From NCBI RefSeq assembly GCF_006345805.1, contig NC_043004.1, forward strand, positions 6,386,001-6,450,000: 64,000 nt of DNA, given 5' to 3'. Within the stretch, counting starts at the first letter, position 1; each line of letters starts with the position of its first letter. The notes beneath the pieces were generated by a model that saw only the letters and a list, made by a program, of their open reading frames with translations, did no database searches and was not told the DNA's origin. This DNA is from Octopus sinensis. Its lineage: Eukaryota. A program made the position numbers and the translations under genes. Shown piece after piece: positions 25,310 to 37,794 of the stretch.

Positions 25310-25849
25310 AGGTGTGTGGCTGTATGGTAAGAAGCTTGCTTCTCAACCACATGGTTCTGGGTTCAGTTCCACTGCATGGCACTTTGCCCGAGTGTCTTCT
25401 ACTATAGCCTTAGGCCAACCAGAGACTTGTGAGTTAATTTGGTAAATGGAAACTGAATGAAGCCCATTACATATGTGTGTGTGTGTGTCTGTGTTTGTAC
25501 CCCTGCCATTTCTCGACAATTAATGCTGGTGTGTTTATATCCCCATAACTTAGCAGTTTGGCAAAAGGGATAATAGAATAAGTACTAGGTTTACAAAAAA
25601 TAAGTCCCAGGGTCGATTTCTTCAACTAAAACCCTTTAAGGCAGTACTCCAGCATGGCTGCAGTCAAATGACAGAAACAAGGAGTGGCTGTGTGGTAAGT
25701 AGCTTGCTTACGAACCACATGGTTCCGGGTTCAGTCCCACTGCGTGGCACCTTGGGTAAGTGTCTTCTACTATAGCCTCGGGCTGACCAAAGCCTTGTGA
25801 GTGGATTTGGTAGATGGAAACTGAAAGAAGCCCGTCATAAATATGTATG

Positions 25850-25885
<36 letters not shown>

Positions 25886-25891
25886 ATATAT

Positions 25892-25934
<43 letters not shown>

Positions 25935-26150
25935 ATATGTTTGTGTGTCTGTGTTTGTCCCTCCAACTTCGCTTGACAACCGATGCTGGTATGTTTAAGT
26001 CCCCGTAACTTAGTGGTTCGTCAAAAGAGACTGATAGAATAAGTACTAGGCTTACAAAGAATAAGTCCTGGGGTCGAATTGCTCGACTATAGGCAGTGCT
26101 CCAGCATGGCAACAATCACATGACTGAAACAAGTAAAAGAGTAAAAGAGA
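25310..26150 (+). mobile_element. Two head-to-tail SINE family A copies
   Basis: Older copy 25310-25680; younger copy 25681-26150 begins at its tail. Confidence 0.9.
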
Positions 26151-26211
26151 GTAAAGAGAGAATAAAAGAATAAATTCTTAATGACATTTAATTATAAAAT
26201 TCCAGTAATTT

Positions 26212-26252
<41 letters not shown>

Positions 26253-26255
<3 letters not shown>

Positions 26256-26455
26256 TAGGAAAGAATGGAGCTGAACGAAGATTTAACAAAATTCCTTTAT
26301 TTTATTTTCGACATATGTTTCGAAGTCTGCAAAGTCCCTAATTCCGATTGAATAAGGAGTCCATTTTGCAGCTTTCTCTTCAGGAAAATCCAGGAACTTA
26401 ATTCTCCAACAAAATGTACAACAAGCTTTTCGACGTCCAGTAGAGTCAAATAGGA
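26253..26455 (-). mobile_element. Penelope-like 3' (pLTR) fragment carrying a hammerhead ribozyme
   Basis: Hammerhead followed by AATAAA (x2) and ending in (TA)n, the arrangement known for PLE 3' ends. Confidence 0.7.
26304..26389 (-). ncRNA. Type I minimal hammerhead ribozyme
   Basis: AUUUUC-CUGAAGA-[GAAAGCUGCAAA...UUUGCAGACUUC]-GAAA-CAUAUG-UC^GAAAAU: canonical core, 6-bp stem I, long stem II, palindromic stem III, GUC cleavage triplet. Confidence 0.88.
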
Positions 26456-28825
26456 GAATCAAAAGGGTCCATAGGCAAAAAAATTGTCAAGAACCATTAG
26501 ACTAAACAATAACATTTCCATAATTTCCTCTGCTTAACTGACTTCTATGATTCCTCTCCAATATTAGTTCACCAGGACCACTGCTTTTGTTGATTACTTC
26601 TTTTGTTCCAAGGTGGCAAATCTTGTTACCAAATATTTCTGGTGGGTCATCCATTTGTTCTGCAACCTTAGGTTCTGAAAAGCTTCAATTACTTCCATCC
26701 TTCTAAAGTTAGACTTTCTGCTTCAGATTTCTCTCAGACACCATTTCCTTCCTGTTAGATAGTTTTCACAAATGATGGAATCTACAGAATCTCATAACAG
26801 ACAGCAGGTTTTTTGTTGCTCCAAATACCTTTTATCACCAATGTTAATGACAGTTGAAGTCTTTCTATTTTCGAGTGGCATTATACAGTCCATGAAACAA
26901 TGCCGACTGATTGATCCATTTTCTTAAGAACTTGCTAGCATACCTTTTAACTACCTCGATTCTCATTGTGTGTGTGTGTTTGCATGTGTGTAAATGATGG
27001 AGATAGAGAGAAAGAAGGTATAGAAGATTTGAGTGAGAGCTAGAGACAGAAAGAGAGAGTTATTCAAACATCCAAATTACTATCATATTATATAATATAT
27101 AAAACGTGGTTCACTTATCAAGGTTAAAAAAATGTTTACTTCTCTTTCCTACCAAGTACTGATGCTATAAAGTTAACAGTGTAAATGGAAAGCTGAAAGA
27201 AGAACCAATCTCAACAACTTGGCATTCCATTGCTGTACATTCCATCAGATATAAAAATAGTAAGGCTTTAGTACAAACCATTTGCTGGCTGGGTTTCTTT
27301 TTTTTTTTTAATATCTTTGGGTGTGATTCTTCTTTCACCTTAATATTAAAGCATCATGGGAACTGAAAGTAATGAGTAAAACAGGTAATAGTATTTGCTG
27401 TCTAACTACAAAGTGGAATGAACTCAAGGGTCCTACAATGGATAACATTAAACAATGATAAAGCTGGAAGTCATATCAGGCTTATGAAATAGCCATTCTT
27501 ATGTTTTGGTCATATATGACAAAAATGCAAGCAATTCTTTCAGTAACAACTAGCAACTAACATAGTAATACTAATTACTGAAGTAACAATTCCTACTTTA
27601 ATAAGATACTATTTCAATATTCAAAGCAGTTGCCATTAGAAAATAGTGTGCTATTATCACTTCAAAAAACACTAGCAGCTACTATAACAATACTAATAAC
27701 AGCCACAGCAACAGCTATTAATTACTACAGCAACTACTAGTCACTACCATAGAAACAGCTAGCAACTGCTACCTGAATCCTGGTATGCTGGTTACTAACT
27801 AAAAAAGGGGACTAATCTAAGGGGTATAATTCCAATGAGCTTAACAACTAACTTTACTCTTTTTCATTTTTGGTCTGTTAGTCTGTCTTCTATGGCTGTG
27901 TTCTTTCATTCATGATTTTTGTTCTGAAACTTGTCATATTTATGGTGCAGCAGTGTTTGTGCAGACAAAGGGCATTGTGTTTGTTTGAAGTGAATACATC
28001 TTGCAATGAGCATAAGGCCCCCATCTTTCCAAGATATGTAACATTTATGTGTATAAACACTGCTACAAGACAGAGGCGGAGTTTCAAACTTTGTGGATAA
28101 TGGATGTGCTGCAGGAATATTGGCAGGGCCTTAAATATCAACTCACTGCCTGGGAATTAAACCAGAATCATTGTGTTCGAGTGTGAAAATAATCATAAAC
28201 ACGAAAACAGGATTTTATCAGGAACTGACATCAGCAAGCGGTTAGTCCTTGAAAACACATTAGTTCTTGATAGACACATTAAGGACTTGATAGACACATT
28301 AAGAACTTGTTTTTAAAAGTAGCTGGGCTGACCAGAAAAAGCACATTTGAAACAACAGATGGTTAACTCATTAAAATCCCAATTTCAGTAAACAATATAT
28401 TAGAATGTCATTAGCAATTTTGTCTTTGGTGCCTTTTCTTTGACAAACCATTAAGTAGATATAAATAATTTGCTGGTATTTGACCAGTAGTCATAATACA
28501 GCCACACCAATAGCTACAGGACCTTACACCAATCAACTTCATCTGTGGAATTTGCTAACTACAATAGTCCACTATCGATGCTGACACACATCTCTCTTGG
28601 TCACACACTAATTGACTCCCTTGGTGTTAATATCATCTTTCTCTGTCATTGTAGTCTGTCATTACAGATGTAACAAATCATGCTTTTCTAACCTAAGAAG
28701 CAGGAGTGATTCAAACATGTCAGGAACACTACGTAAGCTAGTTATCAGGACTAAGAAAGATCTCTCTCATGTTAGTGCTGTAGGAAATAATAATGGCTGC
28801 GTGTTTGAAAACGGCGGGTCACCAG

Positions 28826-29832
28826 TGTAGGAAATACGACCGTATGTGGAGGTTGGCGACATAGGTAAGTCACACGGTCGCATCCCTAACGAAATAAGAT
28901 AAGCCATAAATACAATTTATACAATGCAGTGCCAACAGAATATAGATGAAAGACGACAAGCCGTTCCACTGTTTGAGAGATAGATAAGATTTTATTTACA
29001 ATGGTGTTAAGGTTAGAAGGTTATGAGTGCTAGCAAGTGTTGTGTATGTGTGCATGCAATAAGTGTTTGTGTTTGTGTCTTCGTGTGTGTGACAGATACA
29101 AATGAGGGTGAAAGCGTGCAACACAGTTGGTACAGAGCACGGAGTTAATGATGGAAATTGGTTTACAGTTCATAAGGTACATGATGTGTAAGAGTTCAAT
29201 ATCAAGATGTTGTGTCTCGGGCGGAGGCCGGTTGGCCGAATATTGTCGAGCCGCGGTCGTGGTCTCAATCGCCGAGCTGGTTCTCTTAATATAGAATTCT
29301 TCAGATGGACTGTTTCTACTTGGTGAAGGGATTCACTCTAATAGCGTGGATCTGTGAAGTTGGTGTGTACATGTCTGAAGTGGACAATGGTGATGGCGAC
29401 GATGGTAGAGACGACTTGAAGTTGGTACAATGATGATGACGACGGCGGCGGAGATAGAAGGCATTCTGTTGCGGGTGTACATTAGCATCGTCGTGGCTGA
29501 TCGTCTGTTGCTGTGACTGGAACATGTTGAGTAGCTCTGTGGTTAGAGGTCTAGTCCTTAGAAGGACTAGAACCAAAGACCCAAGTATACTGAGAACACT
29601 CCCTTATATACAAGGTGGCTCAACAGAGCCTAGGAAAAGGGACCTTAACCAAAGGCCATGATTGGTTGGCTTTGGCCAGTGGCGCGGAATAAGTAGAGAC
29701 AAATCGCGCCACATGTCAACCAATCAGGTCAGTGGTTACAACAGGAACAATTCGGCCAAAGATGGCTGTAATCTCAAACGAGATCATTCCTGCCGTGTCT
29801 CTCAAACAGTGAGGATATCAGAGACTGCTACA
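28826..29832 (-). mobile_element. Probable solo LTR (about 1.0 kb)
   Basis: TGTAG...CTACA termini. On the minus strand CCAAT (29661-29665), TATATAA (29604-29610) and AATAAA (28991-28996). CpG-rich. No TSD found (accag vs gagcc). Confidence 0.65.
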
Positions 29833-30315
29833 GAGCCATGTGTACAGTTACTGTTTACTTGTTTCAATCATTGGACCGCAGCCATGCTGGAAGGGTTTAA
29901 TTAAACAAATTGACTCTAACATTTATTTTTAAGACTGATACTTACTCAATCAGTTTCTTTTGCCAGACTGCTAAATTAAGGGGGCATAAACAAACCAACA
30001 CCAGTTGCCAAGCGGTGGTGAGGGACAAACATAAGCACAAAGTACACATACATATATATATTCATATATCATCCTAGAATTGGCCTGCATTAACATGGAT
30101 CAAACTGGAAATGTAACTGGAAAGGTGTAGGCTGTAAGAACAGCAAGATTAATCATCATCGTTTAACGTCTGCTTTCCATGCTAGCATGGGTTGGACGAT
30201 TTGCCTGAGGTCTGGCGAACCAGATGGCTGCACCAGATGCCAATCTGATCTGGCAGAGTTTCTACAGCTGGATGCCCTTCCTAATGCCAACCACTCCAAG
30301 AGTGTGGTATATATA

Positions 30316-30356
<41 letters not shown>

Positions 30357-30370
30357 TGTATGTATATATA

Positions 30371-30846
30371 GATTCAGATGAATATGGTACTTAAGTTGAG
30401 GCACCAGAATTTAGTATGGTATTATCCATACAATTTCAAAGTAAGATGATTAAAATCGAAATAAGCAACAAGGATATCCAGAGGTAATGCTGTACGATCG
30501 TTTCATGCAACTCCATTTAATTGAACAATGCAATCATTACATCAATTTAAAATCTTCAACTGCACAAAGACATAGAATTTAATTAGATTAGAACAAACGG
30601 ACACAATAGTATAATTATACCTAAAATCTCTAAGAAGTTAAGAAGATAGACAAAGAACATGTATCTACAACACCATAGAAGTTACTCTGTTCCATCTGTT
30701 CTAATTTAATTAAATTCTATGTCTTTGTGGAGTTGAAGATTGCTCTACATTTTAAATTGATGTAAAGATTGCATTGTTCAATTAAATGGAGTTGAATGAA
30801 ACGATTGTACTGCATTACCTCTGGATATCCTTGTTGCTTATTTTGA
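30371..30846. mobile_element. (TA)n-embedded asymmetric fold-back element 1
   Basis: Leader of about 88 bp, arms 30459-30595 / 30697-30843 (one 11-bp indel, few mismatches), (TA)n on both sides. Confidence 0.8.
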
Positions 30847-30922
30847 TATATATATATATATACACATATATATAGATGTATGTATATACACACACATATA
30901 CATGCATATACATATACATATA

Positions 30923-31240
30923 TAAAGGGTAAAGGGTAATGACCATGGGATTGCATCTAGAAAGTTACCTTTCCGGGCAAGGTTGTTTATGGAAGACCAA
31001 CAGTCGCCCATGCATACCAACCTACCCTTTCCATGCTATTGATGTTATCCATGGGAAAGGCAAAGGCTGATGCAGCTTGGCACCAGTGATGTCGCAACTC
31101 ATTTCTGCAGCTGAGTGAACTGGAGCAACATAAAATAAAGTGTTTTACTCAAGAACATAACACACAGCCATGTCTGGGAATCGAACTCACTGCCTCGTGA
31201 TTGTGAACCCGACAATGTTCTAACCACTGAGCCATGTCCA
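30923..31240 (-). mobile_element. SINE family D-like copy
   Basis: tRNA-like head at 31240, CORE-like gtgttatgttcttgagtaaaacac, pyrimidine-rich tail. Confidence 0.75.
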
Positions 31241-31379
31241 TATATATATATATATGTATATGTGTGTGTGTGTGTGCGTTTGTGTGTGTGTGTGTGCGTT
31301 TGTGTGTGTGTGTGTGTGTATAAATACATATACACACACATACATGCACACGGATGTTCTTTGTTCTGTTAAAGTTTAT

Positions 31380-31689
31380 TTTTATGCACTCTTTTCAAGC
31401 CTAGCCCGACTCATGGGCCCAGGTTCCCGGTTTCTGTGGTGTATGTGTTCCTCCCAGTTGAACGAGACGCCAGTTCATCACAGCATTACTCAAGAAACAA
31501 GAAAAAGTGAGAGAAAGTTGGGGTGAAAGAGTACAACAGGGGTCACCACCCCCCACCTCCTGCCGGAGCCTCATGGAGCTTTTAGGTGTTTTCGCTCAAT
31601 AAACACACACAATGCTCGGTCTGGGAATCGAAACCGCGATCCTCTGACCGCGAGTCTGCTGCCCTGACCACTGGGCCATTGCGCCTCCA
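31380..31689 (-). mobile_element. SINE family C (alternative 3' body)
   Basis: Head matches 18159; 3' part differs from that copy. Confidence 0.8.
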
Positions 31690-31844
31690 CTTCTGTTAAG
31701 GTAAGATCACCAAAAGAAGTACTCCATCCAGTGAGAGATAAATATCATTTAATGTACATAGTATAAAGATACAAGAAACTTAAGAAATGCTTCAGACTAC
31801 TCATGGATTAACATGTATGAACCAAACATCTGTTTTACACTGGC

Positions 31845-32372
31845 ACAAGAGGCCAGGCAAAGCAAGTCCACCAGAAAGGTCATGACAATTCCCTTTCTCC
31901 ACAACAAGGGTATCATCAACATCCACTGGGTTCCCTCTGGCCAGACATTAAACGAAGACTATTTTGTGGAGGCTTAGAGGGAGTTCAGAATGAGATTTTG
32001 TTGTGAATATCGATCACCAGCACCAGAAGAGTGCACCAATTCACAATTCCATCATAGTTTTGATGCTACTTGAGAGAGCTTGGCAACAAAACTCTCTCTC
32101 TCTCTCACACACACCCTCTCTACAGACCTTGGTCTCTGTGACTTTTGGTTGTCCTCTAAGCTGAAGAAGAAGATGAATGAGGTTATGACAGGGCCCTGGA
32201 TAGCTTCCCTTTGAAGGACTTCCATGGGGCCATCATGAAATGGCTGGAATGCTACAACAAGTGCATTGAACTCAGAAGCTCCTTCTTTGAAGGAGATTAG
32301 AGTTTTTTTCTTTCTTTGAAAAGAATGAATATCTCTCCTGAAAAAGTCACAGAACTTGTAGAATGCACCTTG
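31845..32372 (+). mobile_element. Mariner transposase C-terminal relic
   Basis: ARQSKSTRKVM...KGIINIHWVPSGQTLN...KWLECYNKCIEL, broken by stops and frameshifts, followed by a TIR-like end. Confidence 0.75.
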
Positions 32373-32699
32373 TGATATGCCCATCCATCTATTATACCAT
32401 CAAATGCAGTAATTAATTTTTATCAAGTTAATTTGCATGCTTAGTGAAAAACAAAAACCAGTCTGATTTTTACTAGGAGGCAAGGGACAACTATGGACAT
32501 GTTCCAGGCTATTAGACCTCATCTACATATAACAGTGTAACACCAAGCCTGCATATTATTTAGAAAGGGTCATGAATAATTGTTGGCCAGTATAATTTGC
32601 TTTATTAGAAGTAACATAAACTAGAATAGTTTAAATACAGGTGTATTGGAGCAATTAAGTTAAAGGGAGATAAACGGGACATTCCCTACAAAAGAATCC

Positions 32700-32844
32700 T
32701 TAATTTGAGAAATTGTTATTAAGAAGCTTTCTTAGCTATCATATAGTTTTGGGTTCAGTCCTACTGTACGGCACCTTGGGCAAGTATCTTCTACTGATGT
32801 CTTGCGAGCGAATTCAATAGATGGAAACTGTGTGGAAGCCCGTC

Positions 32845-32925
<81 letters not shown>

Positions 32926-33160
32926 AAAATAAGTGTGTCTGTATTTTCCTCCCTCACTACTTGACAAACAGTGTTGGTTTGTTCACGTCCTCGTAACTTA
33001 TCAGTGCAGGAAAGTCAGATAGAATTAATTACCAAACTTAAGAAGAAAAAAAAAAACAGAACAGAAAAAGTACTTGGATCGATTTGTTCAAATAAAACCT
33101 TTCAAGGCGGTGCCCCAGCATGGCCGCAGTCTTATAAATCCAGCAAGTAAAAAGACGAAA
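32700..33160 (+). mobile_element. SINE family A, diverged, with (GATA)/(GAAA)n
   Basis: Head, tetranucleotide centre and 3' body. Confidence 0.75.
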
Positions 33161-33950
33161 AGATGCAGCTGTGCATATTATCCCAACCGTTACTTGTGCA
33201 GCCATTAGATGCAGTATTATTTACTGATAAACATATTTTAGTACACCTACACTAATAAGTAACATACACGTTGATGCCCAGCTTCGCCAATTTGGATATA
33301 TTGACACAGTTACACATTTTGACATAGATACATAACTTAGCTTTTTAACTCACTCACCCACGCCGCAACACACTAACATCGTCACACAGAGCTTCATAAA
33401 CGCACGCACATACACACACACACTCTCCTCTCTCTCTCTCTCTCTAAACGTACACATTTGCAAAAACCAACCACATTAAATATGAGCCAATGATAGAGCA
33501 TTTATGTGGTCACTCACCCTGCTAAAAGTAGCAGTCGAGTCGTCTTCAAATTATCGTATTTGATCGCATGTAAAACACTGCCCCGCCACACACGCAGACA
33601 CAAAAATGTCTCGATATAATCACTCCTGGTCCTACTAAATATTACATGCTTTAATGCACTAAAAACTTTTTTTCCTGCATATGCACTGCTAAGTTTGGGG
33701 TTCGTCCTTCATACCATCAAATGCAGTCGGATGTAATGCGGCTGTCTTTGAAAAGAAAGGAAGGTCACATTATATAATCGTAGCCCCTGATAATGCTACG
33801 ACTGAACAAAAGTGATGAAGGTCATAACTGGGATGCATTTGGTCGTAGGCCAGTTCCTTCAATGTTGAGCAAGGAGCTAAAGATCACCAACGATGTTAAA
33901 TATGATTCAGTTATAATTTCAGTTTTCTTTTTATTATATAATTCCATTTA

Positions 33951-34560
33951 AGGCGGCGAGCTGGCAGAAGCGTTAGCACGCCCGGCGAAATGCTTAGCGA
34001 TATTTCGTCTGCTGCTACGTTCTGAGTTCAAATTCCGCCGAGGTCAACTTAGCCTTTCATCCTTTCGGGGTCGGTAAATTACGTACCAGTTGCGTACTGA
34101 GGTCGATCTAATCAACTTCCCCTTCCCCCAAAATTTCGGGCCTCGTGCCTAGAGTAGAAAAAATTACCTAATTCCATTTAAGGCTGTGAGCTGGCAGAAT
34201 CTTTCAAGTTCAAATTCCGTCGAGGTTGGCTTTTATCCTTTCGGAGTCGATGGAACAAGTCCCAGTTGAGCACTGGGGTAAATGCAATTGACTAGCTCCA
34301 CTCTTCAAAAAAAAAAAAATTGTACCGTGGTTGAAAAATAAAAAGGATTATTTAATTCCATTTTCATATAGGAATAAGGCAGCGAGCTGACAGAGTGGTT
34401 AGAACGCCAAAGATTCCTCAAGGAATTTTTTCCCATTCATTATGTCCTGAATTCAAATTCCTTCGAGGTCGACGTTGATTAAATAAGTACCAGTTGCACA
34501 CAGGACGATGTAATAGACTTACCAGTTTCTCTGAAATTACTACCCTGCATCAAAATTTGA
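33951..34560 (+). mobile_element. Stack of three SINE family B copies
   Basis: Heads at about 33951, 34181 and 34376, each preceded by aattccattt. Confidence 0.85.
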
Positions 34561-35299
34561 AACCATTCACATGTAGTAATACAATTTTTAATAGAAATCG
34601 ACCTACTACTTGAGTGGTGCCAGGGCCGGCCCTAGAGTTGCCAACACCCCGAGCAAGCTGAATATCGGCGTGTACAAGCTGACGATTATGGAAATTTCCT
34701 TGTTTTTGTCAAGCCCTCCTTGGCGTACCCTAGCACATGGTACCCCGGGCGCGAAATTTTTTTTCCCACGAGAGTTCCGGACCCCAGTTATGAACTCATT
34801 TGCATACAGCCAATCAGAGCTCAACGAGCAAACTAATTCATGAACACATAACAAGTGATGGGCGATAAGATAAGTTTCATTTGGGTAAAGAATGATCATG
34901 CTTCTTTTCTCTGTTGATAATGCTTGTTGTTCTTGTTATTGTTTCAACCATGGCTGCCTCTGCGTATTTATTTGTGTTGTTTGCTTTGTAAAACAGTAAG
35001 GAGAGAAGGTTGCTAGTATTCACCCTCTACCCACATTTTCCCATCCACATCTTTACCATATGGCTCCCTAATAAAATCCAGTAATAGGTAAGATGCAAAT
35101 TATATCTAATTACCTGTCTCCTTCTATCAGGCATAATTTGATCATCTACTTTTTTTTTTTTTTTCTAGGTAAACTATGTTATTGATATCTCTGTAACTTT
35201 AGCCTCTGTAACTTTAGCCTCTGTAACTTTAGCCTCCCTTCCTTCTTGTTTTCATTCAATTTCCCACCTCACCATTATCGACAATGTACCTCGTTTTTA

Positions 35300-35660
35300 T
35301 CTTTTATCGTTCACTTATTTCAGTCAATGGACTGCGGCTATGCTGGAGCACTGACTCGAACGGTTTCAGTCGAACAAATCAACCCCAGTACTTCTGCCAC
35401 TTATTCTATCGCACTAGCGTAGCTGTGTGGGTTGGTGGTGGGACCGTCCGTCCCGGACTGCACATTTGGGTCTGCTGTAAGCAATGTGTGCATTTTTGTG
35501 GGGTCCGGGGGCGGCAAACGGAAGGGCCGCTCTGGGCGATACACTCTAGCTACGCGAGTGTTCTATCGGTCCTCTCTTTTGCCGAAACGTTAAGTTATAA
35601 GGACATAAAAAAACCAACACCGGTTGTCAAAGCGGCGGTGGGACACACACACACACACAC
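35300..35660 (-). mobile_element. SINE family A 3' half interrupted by a MITE
   Basis: Continuous SINE-A sequence once 35412-35568 is removed. Confidence 0.8.
35412..35560. mobile_element. hAT-type MITE
   Basis: TIRs cactagcgtagct / agctacgcgagtg (12/13); perfect 8-bp TSD TTCTATCG at 35404-35411 and 35561-35568. Confidence 0.92.
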
Positions 35661-35784
35661 ACATGCACAACGTGCTACTACCATCACCATAACATGTGGA
35701 GTAACTACTACTACTACTACTGATATTGCTGTTCCCTTCAAACCACCTAACCACCACCACTAGAAATAGCAACTAAAACTCCCT

Positions 35785-36072
35785 CACGTCACACTGCTGT
35801 GTTAATAAAACGAGGAAATGACACACTGCCTAAACAAAATAGATGGAATGGTCACAGTTGGAATGTTTAGTTTTTTTTTTATATTAGAAACAGCAGCTAA
35901 ATCTCTCTTGTATTTCATTCTGATGCTGCTATCTTAATAAAGTGTGTTGAGGGGAAATGATACACTTAATCATGTAAGTCGTCTGAAGAAAACAGACGGA
36001 ACGGTCACAGTTGGAATATCTGTTGTATTATATTAGGCCTGCTCGATCAGGTCCGACCTGGGGTTAAACAGT
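35785..36072 (+). repeat. Unclassified interspersed repeat family E (two partial copies)
   Basis: agcagctaaatctc...ggtcacagttggaat...ggggttaaaca. Related pieces near 9430-9530, 9700-9790, 13410-13570, 24805-24900 and 33500-33900. Confidence 0.55.
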
Positions 36073-36135
36073 CACACAAACGACTGTTACTGCCGCTATG
36101 ACGACTGCTACTGATAGTGTTACTCCCGTCATAAT

Positions 36136-36167
<32 letters not shown>

Positions 36168-36955
36168 TTTTTTTCAATTGCTACTTCTGGTACAATTAAA
36201 TATTACCACCACCACCTTTACCGTTACAGCTCAACATTGTCTTCCCCCACAAGTGATCGACAACAGCAGCAACAACTACTACTATTACTACTACTACTAC
36301 TACTACTGCTGCTGTTACTGCAATTGCTGCTACCAGTGCAATTAATATCACCGCCGCCACCACCAACACCAACAACAACAACATCACTACCACTGTTCAA
36401 CTTTTGTGTCCTCCCCCACACATCAGGTACACGTGAGCTGCGTGTCGGCTGATCGTGACGTTAAAGAACGAATCAATTTTATAGTTTCTATTTACGTTAT
36501 AAGGGGCGTGGTGAGTTGCAATACTTAACAAGCTTGGCAAGTCTTGGCTGTTGATCTATCTATCTGTATGCGCGTGTGTGTGTAATGAGAGTCAGTGTGG
36601 CTATGCCAATTAGTGTTGTAGTTCTGTCTATGTATATGTGTATGTTTGTATACCTATTGTGTATGTGTATATGTTTGTATATCTGTTGTGTATGTGTGTG
36701 TTTGTATCTTCTGTGCATTCTTTTATTATTTTTTAAACTTATTTCAGTCGTTTTTCACTGCGGCCATGCTGGAGCACCGCCTTTAGTCGAACAATTCGAC
36801 TCCAGGACTTATACTTTGTAAGCCCAGTACTTATTCTATCGATTTCTTTTGCTGAACTACTAAGTTACGGGGACGTAAATACACCAACATCGGTTGTCAA
36901 GCGATGGTAGTGGTAGTGGGGGTGGGGCAAACACAAACATACAAATACATATTTG

Positions 36956-36996
<41 letters not shown>

Positions 36997-36999
<3 letters not shown>

Positions 37000-37291
37000 G
37001 GTAATAAAAATCTTTAAAATTTTTACTACCAGTGGCCTAGCATGTAGAAAAATTAGTCAATAGACTATATACTATACATAGAAATACAGTGTACATTGAA
37101 ATATATAAGAGGTATCCATCATAACATTCCTGGCACCCCAGAAAGAACAGCCAAAATCCAAACCACTATTAGGAATAAACTTCGAAGGGAATGAAAAATA
37201 AAAATCCCTAATAGTGGTTTGGATTTCGGCTGTTCCTTCTAGCGTGCCAGGAATCCTATGATGGATACCTCTTATGTGTTTAAATGTACAC

Positions 37292-37293
<2 letters not shown>
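36997..37293. mobile_element. (TA)n-embedded asymmetric fold-back element 2
   Basis: Leader of about 90 bp, then 87-bp arms 37087-37173 / 37207-37293; related to 57534-57848. Confidence 0.85.
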
Positions 37294-37340
<47 letters not shown>

Positions 37341-37794
37341 CACATATATACGACAGGCTTTTTTCAGTTTCCGTCTATGGGTTGAGTCTACCAGTCAAGT
37401 AGGTTACAGAGGGAGTTGAACTCGTAAAGAGCTACCAAGGCAATTACTGTGAAACATCTAATCTGATGTTGTAATGTTTCCTTCACTCCACCACCATCAT
37501 TTAGTACTTTAGTTATCAACCTTGGAAGAATGAAAGGTAAAGTTGATTCTGGTGGGATTTGAACACAAAATCCAAGGTTCCAGAATAAAACTCACAAGAT
37601 AATTCATCTAACGTTGTAATGATTCTATTAATCTACCTAATCTATGAATTATTTCCTCTTCAACACAATATATACTCTTTAAGTTGATGTGAGATCAGGA
37701 AGGTTTGTGTAGACTATGTTTTGCTGAGAAGATCCTATAAGACCAAAACATATCCCAAATTGTATTTCCACTTCTATTTAATTTTAGGATTTAC

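Larger units (their letters stand above)
25168..26499. mobile_element. hAT MITE expanded by nested insertions
   Basis: Ends cagtaattcccaa / tgtcaagaaccatta; TSD GACTAAAT / GACTAAAC. Contains two SINE-A copies, (TA)n and a PLE fragment. Confidence 0.7.

Noticed and set aside
28147-28247. Minus-strand exon with branch point, AG and GTGAGT donor
   Set aside because: Stops in all three frames; a non-coding exon cannot be supported without RNA data.
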